A stretch of DNA of 64,000 nt from the human T2T-CHM13v2.0 reference genome, Homo sapiens. The stretch is taken from NCBI RefSeq assembly GCF_009914755.1, contig NC_060932.1; one strand, given 5' to 3'. The position numbers were made by a program, and so were the translations under genes. Within the stretch, counting starts at the first letter, position 1, and each line of letters starts with the position of its first letter. This document shows positions 30,652 through 46,577 of the stretch, piece by piece. The notes beneath the pieces were generated by a model that saw only the letters and a list, made by a program, of their open reading frames with translations, was not told the DNA's origin and ran no database searches.

Positions 30652-31971
30652 CAGCAAGTCCTCAGATAATGTTGTTTCATTCAACATCACTTTGTTATAA
30701 CATTGATGAGAAAAAAAAAAAAAAACTGATTCCCGGCCAAGGCCACTGCCTATGTGAAGTTTGCACATTCTTCCCCTGTCTGTGTGGATTTTCTCTGGAA
30801 ACGCCGGTTTTCTCCCACATCCCAGAGAAGTGCACTCGGGTTCACTGCTGTGCCTAGATTGTCCCAGTCTGAGTGAGTGAGAGTGAGCGTAGGAGGGTGG
30901 GTGGGAGTGTGTGAGTGCACCCTGCAATGGAATGCTATCCTGTCTGTCCACCCTGAGCTGCCTGGATAGGCTCCAGCCACCTACGACCCTGAGCTAGAAT
31001 AAGTGGGTTGGAAAATAAATAAAGGAATGAATACAAATTATTGTAAAACAAAAATTCAGGCCGCACACAGTGGTTCACGCCTGTAATCCCAGCACTTTGG
31101 GAGACCGATGCAGGCGGATCACTTGAGGTCAGGAGTTTGACCAGCCTGACCAACATGGGGAAACCCCTTCTCTACTAAAAATACAAAAATTAGCCAGGCA
31201 CGGTGGCACGTGCCTGTAATCCCAGCTACTAGGGAGGCTGAGGCAGAGGTTTCAGTGAACCGAGATTGCACCACTGCACTCCAGCCTGGGCAACAGAACA
31301 AGACTCCATCTCAAAAAAAAAAAAAAAAAAAATTCATGAAGTCTGTGATCGTTATACAAATGCATGACAAACAATTGTAGAAAATCAATTGACTCTACGT
31401 GTATAGGTCTATTTCTGTTCTCTTATTCTGTCCATTGGTCTTTATGTCTATTCTGGTTTTTTTGTTTGTTTTGTTTTGTTTTGAGTCAGGGTCTCGCTCT
31501 GCTGCCCAGGCTGGAAGTGGTGCAATCTCAGCTCACTGCAACCTCTGCCTCCTGGTTTCAAGGTCTGAAAGCACTCAGCAAACCCTCGAGATTTGCTCTG
31601 GTTTGTTTCTGCACTGTGTGGCAGTAGGAGGTGCTCCTTCCAATGTTCACTCTGGAAACATTTATTTCTAAATTTAACCCTCCACCTAAGACAGCTATCA
31701 CTCACTGATTCACGAGAAATTGGGTAAATAATGATCTTCCTTGTTTTTATTAATCTTTCTTAAATGTATATATAGCTCACATTTATTTCAATGTTTAATA
31801 CTAGAAGTGTTTGGTGTCTTTATTTAGAAGTTTAGTGATGTTTTCCTGGCTGGATATATGCTGTGAGAGCTTAACTCTTGTTTATATCAATTAGCCTATG
31901 GTAAAACTGATTTCATTTTATATCACTTTGCTTAAAGTAGAAGAACCTACCAACAACAGTAAGAACTCACA
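30652..31971 (+). mobile_element. MER6 (TcMar-Tigger) DNA transposon, interrupted by an Alu (31059-31332) and a templated insertion (31376-31562)
   Basis: TA|CAGCAAGTCCTC start; GTGAAGTTTGCACATTCTTCCCCTGTCTGTGTGGATTTTCTCTGG..CTCCCACATCCC core; CAATTAGCCTATGGTAAAA near the end. Confidence 0.9.
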
Positions 31972-32387
31972 TACTTTGAAAGAAAAAAACTGATTGAATC
32001 AGATTTTTTCAAATTGAATGTCTTATTCTTTGAAGGAAACTATTAAGAAAGGGTAAAGACAAGCCACAAACTGGGAGATATTTATATTTTTTTAAAATTT
32101 TATTTCCAGAATATACTCAAACAGCTCAATAAAAAACTCATTTTTTAAAGGACAAAAGATTTTAACAGGCACTTAACAAAAGACAAAGTATAAAAGATCA
32201 ATATGCACATGAAAGATGCTCAACATTATTAAATCACAGGGAGCTCGCGTTACATAAAATTAGAATGATTAAAACCTAAAAGTCTGACAACTGCCAAGTG
32301 TTGGCAAGGAGGTGATACAACTGGATTTGCTATGTATCAGTGGTGGAAATGTAAAAGGGTCAACTACTGTGGAAAACAGCTTGGTAG

Positions 32388-32775
<388 letters not shown>

Positions 32776-33311
32776 TAAAGGTAAGTGCACAATTTACACA
32801 CAAGCCAGCAATTCTACTCTTAAGTATTTTCCCAAGAGAAATGAAAACATATATGCACACACAGAGTTGTACATAAATGTTCACAGTGGATTCGTTTATA
32901 ACAGGCAAAAAAAAAAAAAAGGGAAACGATCCAAATTTGCATCAACTGGTGAATGAATAAAAAAAGTAATATATCTCTACAATGTAGTACTATTTACCAA
33001 TGAAAAGGAATGAATGATACACACAACAATATTTATGAGTTAAAGAAGCCAGACACAAGACAATACATGCTATATGATGCTATTAATAAGAAACTCTAGA
33101 AAAGGCAAATCTACAATGTAGTGATAGAAATCAGATCAGCCTTTTCCTGGAACCAGGACTGGGGGATCGACTGGAAAGAGCATAAGGGGACTTTTTGAGG
33201 TGATGACACCACTCATCACTTGGATAAACACACAAATAATGGACTCAAGGATAATCCTCAAGAGAAGGAAAATGTCATTCCAGAAGGAGGTACAAGAGTA
33301 AAAGGGAAGCA

Positions 33312-34282
33312 GGCCAGGCGAGGTGGCTCACACCTGTAATCCCAGCACTTTGAGAGGCCAAGGTGGGAGGATTGCTTGAGGAGGGGTTCAAGACAAGCCT
33401 GGGCAACATAGCAAGACCCTGTCTCTACTAAAAATAAAAATTTAAAAAAATTAGCTGGGTGTGGGGTGTGGGGCTGTAGTTCCAGCTACTCAGAAGTTTT
33501 AGGTGGGAGGATTGCTTGAGTCCAGGGGTTTGAGGCTGCAGTGAACTATGATCATACCACTGCACTCCAGCCTCAGGGGACAGAGTGAGACCCTGTGATA
33601 TAGTTTGGCTGTGTCCCCACCAAATCTCATCTTGAATTGTAGCTCCCTCAATTCCCACATCTTGTGGGAGGGGAGGGACCCAGTGGGAGATAATTGAATC
33701 ATGGGGGCTGTTTCCCCCATATTATTCTCATGGTGGTGAATCAGTCTCATGAGATCTGATGGTTTTTTGAGATGGAGTCTCACTCTGTCACCAGGCTGGA
33801 GTGCAGTGGTGCGATCTCAGCTCACTGCAACCTCTACCTCCTGGTTCAAGCAATTCTCCTGCCTCAGCTTCCCAAGTAGCTGGGACTACAGGTGCGCGCC
33901 ACCACACTCAGCTAATTTTTGTATTTTAGTAGAGATGGGGTTTCATCATGTTGGCCAGGATGGTCTCGATCTCTTGAGCTTGTGATCTGCCCACCTCACC
34001 CTCCCAAACTGCTGGGATTACAGGCATGAGCCACTGTGCCCTGCCGGTCTGATGGTTTTAAAGGGGAAACCCTTTCACTAGGCTCTCATTCTCTCTTGTC
34101 TGCTGCCATGTAAGACGTGCCTTTCACCATGATTGTGAGGCCTCCCCAGCCACGTGGAACTGTGAGTCCATTAAACCTCTTTTTCTTTATAAATTACCCA
34201 GTCTTAGGTATGTCTTTATCAGCAGCATGAAAACGGACTAATACACCCTGTCTCAAAAACAAAGAAACAAATGAACAAAAAG
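33312..34282 (+). mobile_element. AluJ split near its 3' end by a THE1 LTR
   Basis: Alu body 33312-33595 resumes as TCTCAAAAAC at 34251. Confidence 0.9.
33596..34245 (+). mobile_element. THE1 (THE1C-like) solo LTR containing a minus-strand AluS (33763-34046)
   Basis: TGATATAGTTTGGCTGTGTCCCCACC..GGACTAATACA; perfect TSD CCCTG; Alu TSD TCTGATGGTTTT. Confidence 0.93.
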
Positions 34283-34414
34283 AGAAGTGGGAATATCCAT
34301 GAGAAGAAAATGTTCCCTGTGAGTGTTCATTGTCCTGGAGGGGTGAGTAATGAGGGGAATCACAGCAACCTAAAAGAGGAATCTGACTAGAGAGTTATCC
34401 CAGCAATTTTAACT

Positions 34415-34565
34415 GAAAAAGAGGAGAGGAAACAGAGGAGAAGTGAAAGAGAAAAGTGAGAGGGAAAAGGAAAGAAAAGAGGAGGAGATGATGGAGAAGA
34501 AGAAAAGAAGGAGGAAGAGGAAAAGGAAGAGAGAAGTGATGGGAGAAGAGAAAGAAATGGAGAAT
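34415..34565. repeat. Purine-rich (GA) low-complexity tract
   Basis: Seen directly. Confidence 0.85.
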
Positions 34566-35448
34566 ACACATCAAAAGAGACCAAGGTGCTCTCTTACACA
34601 CTAAAAATCTCCCTCTCCTGAAGCCACAGTTGGTTTGGGCACGATTCAGTGTGGTGCTTTGAAATATTGTGTATCCCATTTTTTTTTTGAATTAAAAAAG
34701 AAGAAAAAAAGAGAAATATTGTGAAGCCTTGATTGGTTGATACTCTTTTCTTTTCAAATCTCTGAAGCATGGATTAATACTACTTACAAGAGGTCTACCC
34801 AGCCATTGAATGCAATGAATCTCTAGGGTTTTTGGTAGGAGTTCCAGTCCAGCAAAGTGTGACAGTAGATGCTGTGACCCACCAGAGTCCCGGAACATGA
34901 TGTTTGCTTGGCCCACTTGTTTGGGCTTTGGACTTAATTCTCATTTCCTGTGACTTTCACCCCACTCACCCTCAAGGTCTGTGTCCTGTGCTGAACGTCA
35001 CCAGCTTGGCCACGTTCCGAATGCCTTTGTCAGCCCCCATCGTTCCCCTGGGTGCCAAAGCTCACTGCCTATTTCCTGCCATCACCAGCCTTGGATGGGA
35101 TACAGTCATAAATGTATGTGTATTCCAGAATCATGGCACAGTTCTAGCCAATGGCATGGTGTTGCCTGCTGTCTGGAACCTCCAGCTGCTGCTGTACACC
35201 ACCCTCTGGATTAGACATCTGAGTTTTTGGTTCTTAGCAGAATCAAGCCAGAGCATGCCAAGCATCTGAAACCCGGCGTCTTAACCTCCGCGTCTATGTT
35301 TGGTGGAATGGCCTCTACAACTGGGCAGGTGCTCCTGCTGACCTATAAGCTATACCTGAGGAAATGGGGCACCTTCTACTCTAGCTCGCCCTCACCTCTG
35401 TGGTCTTGCCATACTGTTCCAGTTTTGTTCTAGATCTCCCTCAAATTA

Positions 35449-35833
<385 letters not shown>

Positions 35834-36324
35834 TTATTTCTAATTTAGTAGTCATTTCTGAGGATTAAAAAAATCTTCAGAAAAATAAACAAATGCAACT
35901 GATAGTGCTGTATTTTTTTCTGATGGGTGACACTTAATTTCAATTTTGCCAAGTGCATTGGCAAGAGAGCACCAGCTGGCAGAAAATGAGTTGCCTACCA
36001 TGGAGGTGCAGAACAATAAAATGCAGAGAGGATGGAATGACATCCATTACTGTTATTAGAGATGTTTGAGATTTCACAAGAACAAATTACTCTCATAAAA
36101 AAAAAAAAACAGGAAACAAGGTGAAGATACAAAATCATTTGGGAAAAATGATGTTGGTACCTTTTTGGAACAAATATATGAATACATTTTCAGGCGGACA
36201 CCAATGCACTTGTTAGGACAGTATATAATTGAACTTTATACCACCTATTTTAAAGGCAAATGTGCTAATTATAAGTTAAAACCTCATAATAGTTCTTCTA
36301 TAATTGTTCATAGGGATGAATCAT

Positions 36325-36512
36325 AGTGGTTCTCAACTAGTGCACTTAAGGCCACATTTTTAAATAAGGGAGTTTGTTTTAAAATCCAAATTCCTTGTTT
36401 CTAATGCAGGAATTTGAATTCAATCATCTGGATTAGGGCCCCAAAATATACACTTTTAACAAGCACAGTAAGTGATTCTATTGAGTGTGGTTTCTTTACA
36501 GGCTGAGAGAGA
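36325..36512. mobile_element. MER5-type hAT-Charlie MITE (diverged)
   Basis: GTGGTTCTCAAC..TTTTAACAAGCAC..AAGTGATTCT. Confidence 0.55.
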
Positions 36513-37150
36513 TGCTTTAAGTCTCTGCAAGGTGCCACAGTTCCTTCTGAATCATTAAGGAAGAATGGAATTGTTTATCTTCAGATGACTTTTAAAGTTT
36601 GCAAAGCTAGTAATCCCTATATGAGTCACATATAAGAGCTCTTAGCAATCAGTGTACTTTATAAGAAAACAATTCAATCCCCAAGCATGTAGGGTGATTC
36701 TGCTGTCCTACCACAGGCACCTGTTACCAGGAACAGGTGTAGGGAGACTTGCTATTGCCTAATGTCTACCTGCCGACTATCCAGAGCAAGTCTCAGAACA
36801 TGTGGGTTCTGGTTTCTCCTCTCACACGGAAACCACTAACCTCATCTGCTGGTTCAGTTCTGTGTCCTCCCCAACCAGACTCCAGACACCCTCAAAGGAG
36901 TACCCTAGCTCTAGCCGTCAGAGGAATGAGCCCTCCTGATATCTTTAAATGTCTTCCTAAGGCTTTCAGGAGCAAACTTGATTCTCTCCAAAGCAAACTG
37001 GTAACTCAGAAAGCACCAACTCTTGCCTTTTAGCTCAATTCCATCACGCCTTCTTCAGATAGGTATCTATAGCTAGACTCCAGCCCCTCCTTCTCAGCCA
37101 TTTACAGCAGTGATTCTCAACCTTGGCTTCCATTAGAGTCATTATAGAAG

Positions 37151-37238
37151 AAGACCTACCTGGCTTGCTGCCACCAAAGACTGTGCTTCCACAAATTCTC
37201 CAACAAATCTCCGTCTACCAACAACAATAACAACAAAA
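37151..37238 (+). pseudogene. Short retrocopy of an unidentified RNA 3' end with A-rich tail and 16-bp TSD
   Basis: TSD AGAGTCATTATAGAAG (37135-50) / AGAATCATTACAGAAG (37239-54), TT|AGAA cut site, tail CAACAACAATAACAACAAAA. Confidence 0.7.
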
Positions 37239-37284
37239 AGAATCATTACAGAAGCTTTTAAAAATATCAATGCCTAACTCTCAA

Positions 37285-39391
<2,107 letters not shown>

Positions 39392-39396
39392 TCCCA

Positions 39397-39694
39397 GGCC
39401 TGACATGGCAGCTCACGCCTGGAATCCCAGGACTTTGGGAGGCTGAGGAGGAAGGATTGCTTGAGCCCAGGAGTTTAAGACCAGCCTGAGCAACATAGAG
39501 AGACCCTGTCCCTACAAAAAATGCAAAAATTAGCCTGGTATGTTGGTGTATGCCTGTAGTCTTAGCTACTCAGAAGGCTGAGATGGGAGGATCGCTTGAG
39601 TCGGCGAGGCGGAGGTTGCATGAGCAGTGATTGTGCTACTACACTCCAGTGTGGGTGACAGAGTGAGACCCTGTCTCAAAAAAAAAAAAAAAAA
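39397..39694 (+). mobile_element. AluJ
   Basis: Full dimer; TSD AAAAAATCCCAG. Confidence 0.92.
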
Positions 39695-40601
39695 TCCCAG
39701 TGTGGAACCCCAGACCCATTAAATCTGAATTTCTGGAGTGGAGCCCAGGCATGAGTACATCTTAAAGCTGTCTGGGTGGTTTCAATATGCAGGCTAGGTT
39801 ATGAGCCACAGATACAGTCGCTGGCTAGTATACATCCTGCCCTTCCGAGAGTCCAGTGGGATTTGAAATTGGTAGCATTTGTCTGGTGCATAGAAGTGTC
39901 CAGGCAACATTCTTTTCGTGTGTATACAACAGGCGTTTTGTCTGGCTTCCTGGCTTCTCCAGGCCTTGCCAATCCTCCCTCAAGGAGTTGATGTCATTGC
40001 AGAAATTTGCCTAATCTCCCCCGTCAGCTGCAGCCTGCTTTGTCCTATCACATCACCTCTTCCACCAGTCCTGAAGCCAGCACACAGTTGAGTGACTATG
40101 GTCCTGATAGGCTTCTCTGCATTCTGCTCTGAAGGAATTCTTCTAGTGACCAGGCTCTGCAGTCACTTCTCACATGGTCTCTGCCATTTGGCATTTATGT
40201 GGCTGCACAGAATCTAAGCCTTTTCCTTTCAGGAACTCCACACTTGTGAATCCTGAAAATGTCAGGACTGAAATGCTGGTAGCTGAAAATGCCAGGTACT
40301 CCCTTGCTGCTAGGGTAAGGGTGCGTCATTTGACTTGGCCAGTAATAGGAGACCACCCCAGACTTTGAAAAGAGCTAGTGATGCAGAGGTGCAAGAAGAG
40401 CTGGAGGCCTCCCTGGGGGAAGTTGCTGGGGTCTCATTGGTTGGTGTTCAGTGCCAGCAAGATCAATGATCCAAGCTCTGTGATCCTGTGCTCAGCAAGA
40501 TGGCATCAATGTCCACCAGTTCAGTGCGTGATTGTGGGCTGAGATCTGACCACGTGGCCTCTGGTATTTTAATATGTTCATTTGATTCTGAAATTAGTCA
40601 G

Positions 40602-41314
40602 TGATATGGTTTGTTTCTGTGTTCCCACCCAAATCTTATGTGGAATTGTAATCCCCAGTGTTGGAGGAGGGGCCTGGTGGGAGATGACTGAATCATGGGG
40701 CCAGACGTCCCCCTTGCTGTTCTCATGATAGAGAGGTCTCACGAGATCTGGTTGTTTAAAAGTGTGTAGCAGCCAGGCACAGTGGCTCACACCTGTAATC
40801 CTAGCACTTTCAGAGGCTGAGGTGGGTGGATCACCTGAGGTCAGGAGTTCGAGACCAGCCTGGCCAACATGGCAAAACCCCGTCTGTACTAAAAATACAA
40901 AAATTAGCCAGGTGTGGTGGCACACACCTGTAATCCCAGCTACTCAAAAGGCTGATACAGGAGAATCACTTGAACCTAGGGGGTGGAGGTTGCAGTGAGC
41001 CAAGATTGTACCACTGCGCTCCAGCGTGGGTGACAGAGCAAGACTCCATCTCAAATGAATGAATGAATGAATGAATGAATAAATTAATAAATAAAAATGT
41101 TTAGCACCTCCGCCTTCTCGCTCTTCCTCCTGCTCTGGCATGTAGGATGTGCCTGCTTCCCCGTTGCCTTCCCCATGATTGTAAGTTTCCTGAGGCCTCC
41201 CCAGCCATGCTTCCTGTACAGCCTATGGAACTGTGAGTTGATTAAACCTCTTTTCTTCTTAAATTACCCAATCTCAGGTAGTTCCCTCTAGCAATGTGGG
41301 AACGGACTAATACA
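40602..41314 (+). mobile_element. MSTA-type MaLR solo LTR with AluS at 40771-41095
   Basis: TGATATGGTTTG..GGACTAATACA; TSD GTCAG/GTAAG; Alu TSD AAAAGTGTGTAGCA/AAAAATGTTTAGCA. Confidence 0.92.
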
Positions 41315-41653
41315 GTAAGTGCTGTTTGTATTTAGACCTTTCTCTGTTCGTCTCCCTGACGTCCCCCCACTTTCCCACCTAACTTCGGCCTAGACTCTTT
41401 GGGCTTGGCCTTGGTGGTACAGGGCACAGAGAAATGCCCTCATGCTCTCTTGTGTCTCAGTTTCTGCCAGCTCTGAGTCTCATCAGGTGTGGCTTCCCCC
41501 TTGCTCTCAGCAGGCCACCTGTTCCTCACTAGGGGACACATGGGGAACAAGAATACTAGCCTGAATGCCAGAGCCTTGGAGATCTTCGTGAAAACAGTGC
41601 TGCTGGTCAAACATCCTAATCCACTCAGCCCTCTGCTCACTTCTGTAACCCTT

Positions 41654-41975
41654 CATTCATTCAGTAGACGTTGTTGAGGCCCTACTGCATGTCACAGACT
41701 GTTCTAAGCCCTTGGGTGAAACAGTGAACAAGACGAGGTCCCTGCTCACGTACCAGTTAGATTTTAGGCAGGAAAGACAAATAGCCAAATTAATTCTGAA
41801 TGTTGATGACAGCACTGAAGACGAAGAGGAGAAACGGTGGCACATATGAGTGGGCAGAGGGGGCAAGCAGCACCCTGCCTACATACAATGGGCAGGGGCG
41901 CCATGTGAGCTGAGGCCTGCAGCATGAAGAAGCTAGGCAAGTGGAGACCTGGGAGAAGAGCATTTCAGACGACAG
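41654..41975 (-). mobile_element. L2 3' fragment
   Basis: CATTCATTCAGTAGACGTTGTTGAGGCCCTACTGCATGTCACAGACTGTTCTAAGC..GTGAACAAGAC. Confidence 0.75.
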
Positions 41976-41998
41976 CTAACTGAAGGGGGCCACACGGT

Positions 41999-42308
41999 CT
42001 TTATTTTTTATTTTTATTTTTTGATTCAGGGTCTCGCTCTGTCACTGAAGGGCTAGGCTTCAGTGCAGTAGTGCGATCTCAGCTCACTGCAGCCTTGGAC
42101 TCCTGGGCTCAAGCAATCCTCCCACCTCAGCCCCCTGAGTAGCTGAGACCACAGGCACACACTGTCACACCCAGCTAATTGTTTTTTTCTTGTAGACGCA
42201 GGGTCTCACTATGCTGCCCAGGCCAGTCTCAAACTCCTGGACTGAAGCAATCCTCCTGTCTGGCCTCCCAAAATGTCAGGATTACAGCCATAAGCCCCCA
42301 TGCCTGGA
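41999..42308 (-). mobile_element. AluJ
   Basis: Reverse-complement Alu dimer. Confidence 0.9.
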
Positions 42309-42309
42309 C

Positions 42310-42841
42310 TGCCACACATGCTTTGTCTCTTCCCATGGAGAGGTAGGCCTATGGTCAGCCTCTTGAATCTAGCTGGGCTCAACTGCCTTGACCAATAGAA
42401 TATGGCAGGATTGACTCTGGGACAGTTTCTAGGCCATAAGAGACCAGCAGCTTCAACTTCCTGTCTCTGGGGACCCTACATCTGGGAACCCTGAGCCACC
42501 AGATGAGAAGTCTGACTCTCCTGCTGGAGAGAACACACACAGAGTACCCAAGACTGCCTGGAGAGGGAAAGGGGTCCAACCTTCCAGAACCTTCCGGACA
42601 TCCCTATCGAGAGACTGGGATGTGAGTGGAACTGTCTTAGAACCTCCAGACCAGACCCCCACCCCCTGCTCAGTACCAGTCACGACTCACGTCCGTGCCA
42701 CATGGAATAGAAGTATTGCCCAGCTGATCCTTGCCCAAATTCCTGATCCTCAAAATCATCATGATAAATAATAAAATAGTTGTCATTTTAAGCCACTATA
42801 TTGTGGGGTGATCTGTTCTGCATCAACAGAACACTGTGACA
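42310..42841 (+). mobile_element. MLT1H-like MaLR LTR
   Basis: TTGACCAATAGAATATGGCAG..CCCAAATTCCTGA..TTTTAAGCCACTATATTGTGGGGTGATCTGTT. Confidence 0.75.
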
Positions 42842-44049
42842 CAGTCCAGGGGAACCACTGTGCAAAAGTCCCAAAGCAGAAATGAGTCTCAGATTATTCA
42901 AGGGATCAAAGTAAGACCAGTGTGGCTGAGGCTAATAAAAGGATGGAGAGGAGTAGGAGGTGAACTGGGCAGGCTGAGCGGGATGGAGGTCCGCAGCCTG
43001 GTAGCCATGCAGTGGGCAGCCATTGGAGGGATTTTAGGAAATGCATGCTGTCGTCTGCGGGGGTGCAAAAGTGAACAGGAGCAACCAATGAGGTTGTTGC
43101 AACTGGCGAATTTTCCGGGTTGGGAATTTGGCCCAGTGTTGGGAAACTTACCTTACAACACTCATTGACTTCCTGACCTTTGTTGCAGCTCAAGCAGCTG
43201 GTCCTCTGCCTTGTCTCTGTAACTTATCCTTTGCTTTGCATCTCAGTTCTGCCAATGGTGCCTCTGTCTGACTCAGTTTCCCAGCCTTCTTCTTTGGGGC
43301 CAGCCTGTCTGCAGACAGCACAAGCCCTGCTTCCCTTTCTTCCCTGTGATGAAATAGACCTGGTGCCCATGCAGGAGGCCCAGCGTGGCCCACTGTTGCT
43401 GTGAATGGGGATAGGTCCTCCTGATTTTGGGGTTCAGTATTAGGAAGCTCCCTCACCTCCAGACACCAGCCAAATCCTTCAATAGGAGCATTATCAATAA
43501 GAAAGATGATGTTTTGCCTCTGCTGCCTGATTCCTGTCTGTCAATTGAATTCAAACTTAGGTGGAGAAGAGCACTGTTTATTAGGACCCGGAATCCCTAA
43601 CACCTGAGATCCTGCAGTAATAATCAGCCTGGTAGCCACAGTGTTCCTGGAATTGCTTAACTCACGGGTTATTACCTGCCCCATGCCTCTCTGATGGTGA
43701 CCACCTGGTCACCAACAGTATCCCAACTGGATTGTCACATCTTTCCTGTGTCTAGACTGTTCCTTTGTCATGTGACATCCACTTGTCCTGATGCCTGCCC
43801 TGTCACCTCTGGTTGGATTTCCTAACAGTGTTGCTGGCTTCACAGCCCAGCAGACATCACTTAAGTCTAAAAGTGGGTACTAGACTTCCTTTGATTAACA
43901 CCGACTGGGCCAGCTCCTTTAGCTCTGTCTCCAGGTGGACTGCAGTGGTTGTGTCATTCACATGCCTGAGCCCCTCCCATTGGCCAAACCCACAGCCTGT
44001 TGACCTATGAGCTCCCAACCCCACAACACAGGCAGGAGACAGCAGCACA

Positions 44050-44250
44050 GAGTTCTCAAGTTCTACCAGGTCCCAACTCTGTGTTCTTTGACTGGTCTCT
44101 TAATCTGTCTGTGCCTCATTTCCTTGTCCGTAAAATGGGGATAGTGATCATAGCATCTACCTCATGTTTCTGTGAGAATTGAAATAAGACCTGTAAAACA
44201 CTCGGCATCATGCCTGGCACATACTAGGTACTCCGTAGACATCAGCTGAT
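44050..44250 (+). mobile_element. MIR
   Basis: CTGTGCCTCATTTCCTTGTCCGTAAAATGGGGATAG core. Confidence 0.8.
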
Positions 44251-45278
44251 ACTAGGCAAGCCCTCTCTGCCTGTACTTTTCAGGATTGGCTTGGAATATG
44301 GGTGGAAGGAGGTGATAGAACAAGGAGGGCAACAGCTACGCACAAAGAACACAGATTTCACATTAGGACCAGAGAAAACTTCATGGAGAGCAGAGGCTGT
44401 GACCTTTCATTTATTCTATCTCCAACACATAGCTTGATGCCTAGCACATAGTAGGTGCTCAATAAATGGTTGCTGAATCATCAGACAATTGGGCATGACT
44501 GGGGAGAGGCACCTCACAAAAATGCCAGGAATGGGACACCGACCAGAGATGAGGGCTTTAATCCCCGGTCTCTTCCCTTTTCCCTTCTAAGGGCAGCTAG
44601 GGCAGACCCTCCAGGTCAGTGGGGCCCTGTATTTCCACAAGTGGCTGGAGCCTCACCAAGCTCTCCAGGATGTCAGCCCCAGGCTGTGCACCCTCGAAGG
44701 CAGTAGGCAGTGCTGTTTTCCTGGAGGGCTGGGATGGGCATTGTAATGAGAAATAGAAACCTGCAAAAAAAATAAATAAATAAAGGTATGCCAGGCCTTC
44801 TTGTTTGGGGAGCTGGTGCCATTTCCAATGAGCAGTGTGGCAGTGGGAGATAAGGCAGAAATGTGAATTGCTATTGTGCTTCACTCCACAAGCAACTAGA
44901 GGGGTTTTCTGCAGGGTGCTTTGTAATACCAGGTGGCAACAATTATCATGAACTCAGAATGGGTGAACAATTAAGTTCTTCCTTTCTTGCTGGTTCCTGT
45001 TTTACTTGAACTTTCCTTCCATCCAACAATGCCCACCACTTGCTATCAACAAATCAACAAAAGCCTGCATGTATGAATGGAGAACACTGAGGACAGAGTC
45101 TCGGGCTGTGTGTTCTTGGCTCTACTGCCAGCCACTACTCTCTGGGTTCTGACCAAGCCATTCTCCCTGCCTCTGCCTCAGTTTCCCTCCTGGTGACCTT
45201 GTGAGTGGTCTCTGAGGCAGGTAGAGGCAAGGAGGGTTCTGTCACGGGGTGTGGCAAGGATCAGTTAATATTAATGCT

Positions 45279-45847
<569 letters not shown>

Positions 45848-46577
45848 TGAGTATGTTTCTTGTTTATTCTTCTCAACCACCCACTACCTCCATGCCTCTT
45901 ACTCTCGCCTCAGGAAGTTCCACCAGTCCTTGTCACCTGGCAGTGACAGAGGCAGGAAAACAGCTCCTGCCCAAAGCTGGGGCAGTGCAGGAACTTCCCC
46001 TTCCAATGCTGTCAGCCAGGGGAGTGAGTGCAGAGTCACCCATAGCAGGTCGCATGTGGGAATTGGGGTGCGGTGTCAGGTGCTGGCCATGCACAGAATC
46101 TGGGGCTCTGCTTGCCCTGGAGTTGCTGATAGATGCGCAGGAAGTTGTGGCTGCAATGAGAGTGTCAGCTTTTCTCCCACTGGTCAAGGACACAAACCAA
46201 GCCCACCAGTGAAAACTCTGCAGCCTCCATTCAAATGAACACAGATGTGGCAGCTTATCTTCCCTGGGGTCCCACAGGAGACTTAACAGGCTTCCCTCGG
46301 GCTGTGTCTGCTGAAGTCAGTTTGCATGATGCTAGAACTGTCGACCCATCTCTGTAAAAACTGCTGCTTCTACGGGTAACTAACATCCCTCAAAAGTAAG
46401 CTCCTATCTAAAATGTTTAAATAACTTTTGTTTCATTATAAACGTTGAAAAAATACAAAAAGGCAGAAGAAAAAAAATGTATACAGAATCTCATCACCCG
46501 GAAACAGCCTCCTAGTAGATTTCTGTCTTTCTCTTCTTTCTGGTGGGTGCATTTCAATGCCATTAAGATTGTGCAGA

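Noticed and set aside
43695-43714. Inverted repeat TGGTGACCA-CC-TGGTCACCA (everted nuclear-receptor-like half sites)
   Set aside because: 9-bp arms with short spacers are expected a few times per window, and there is no other support.
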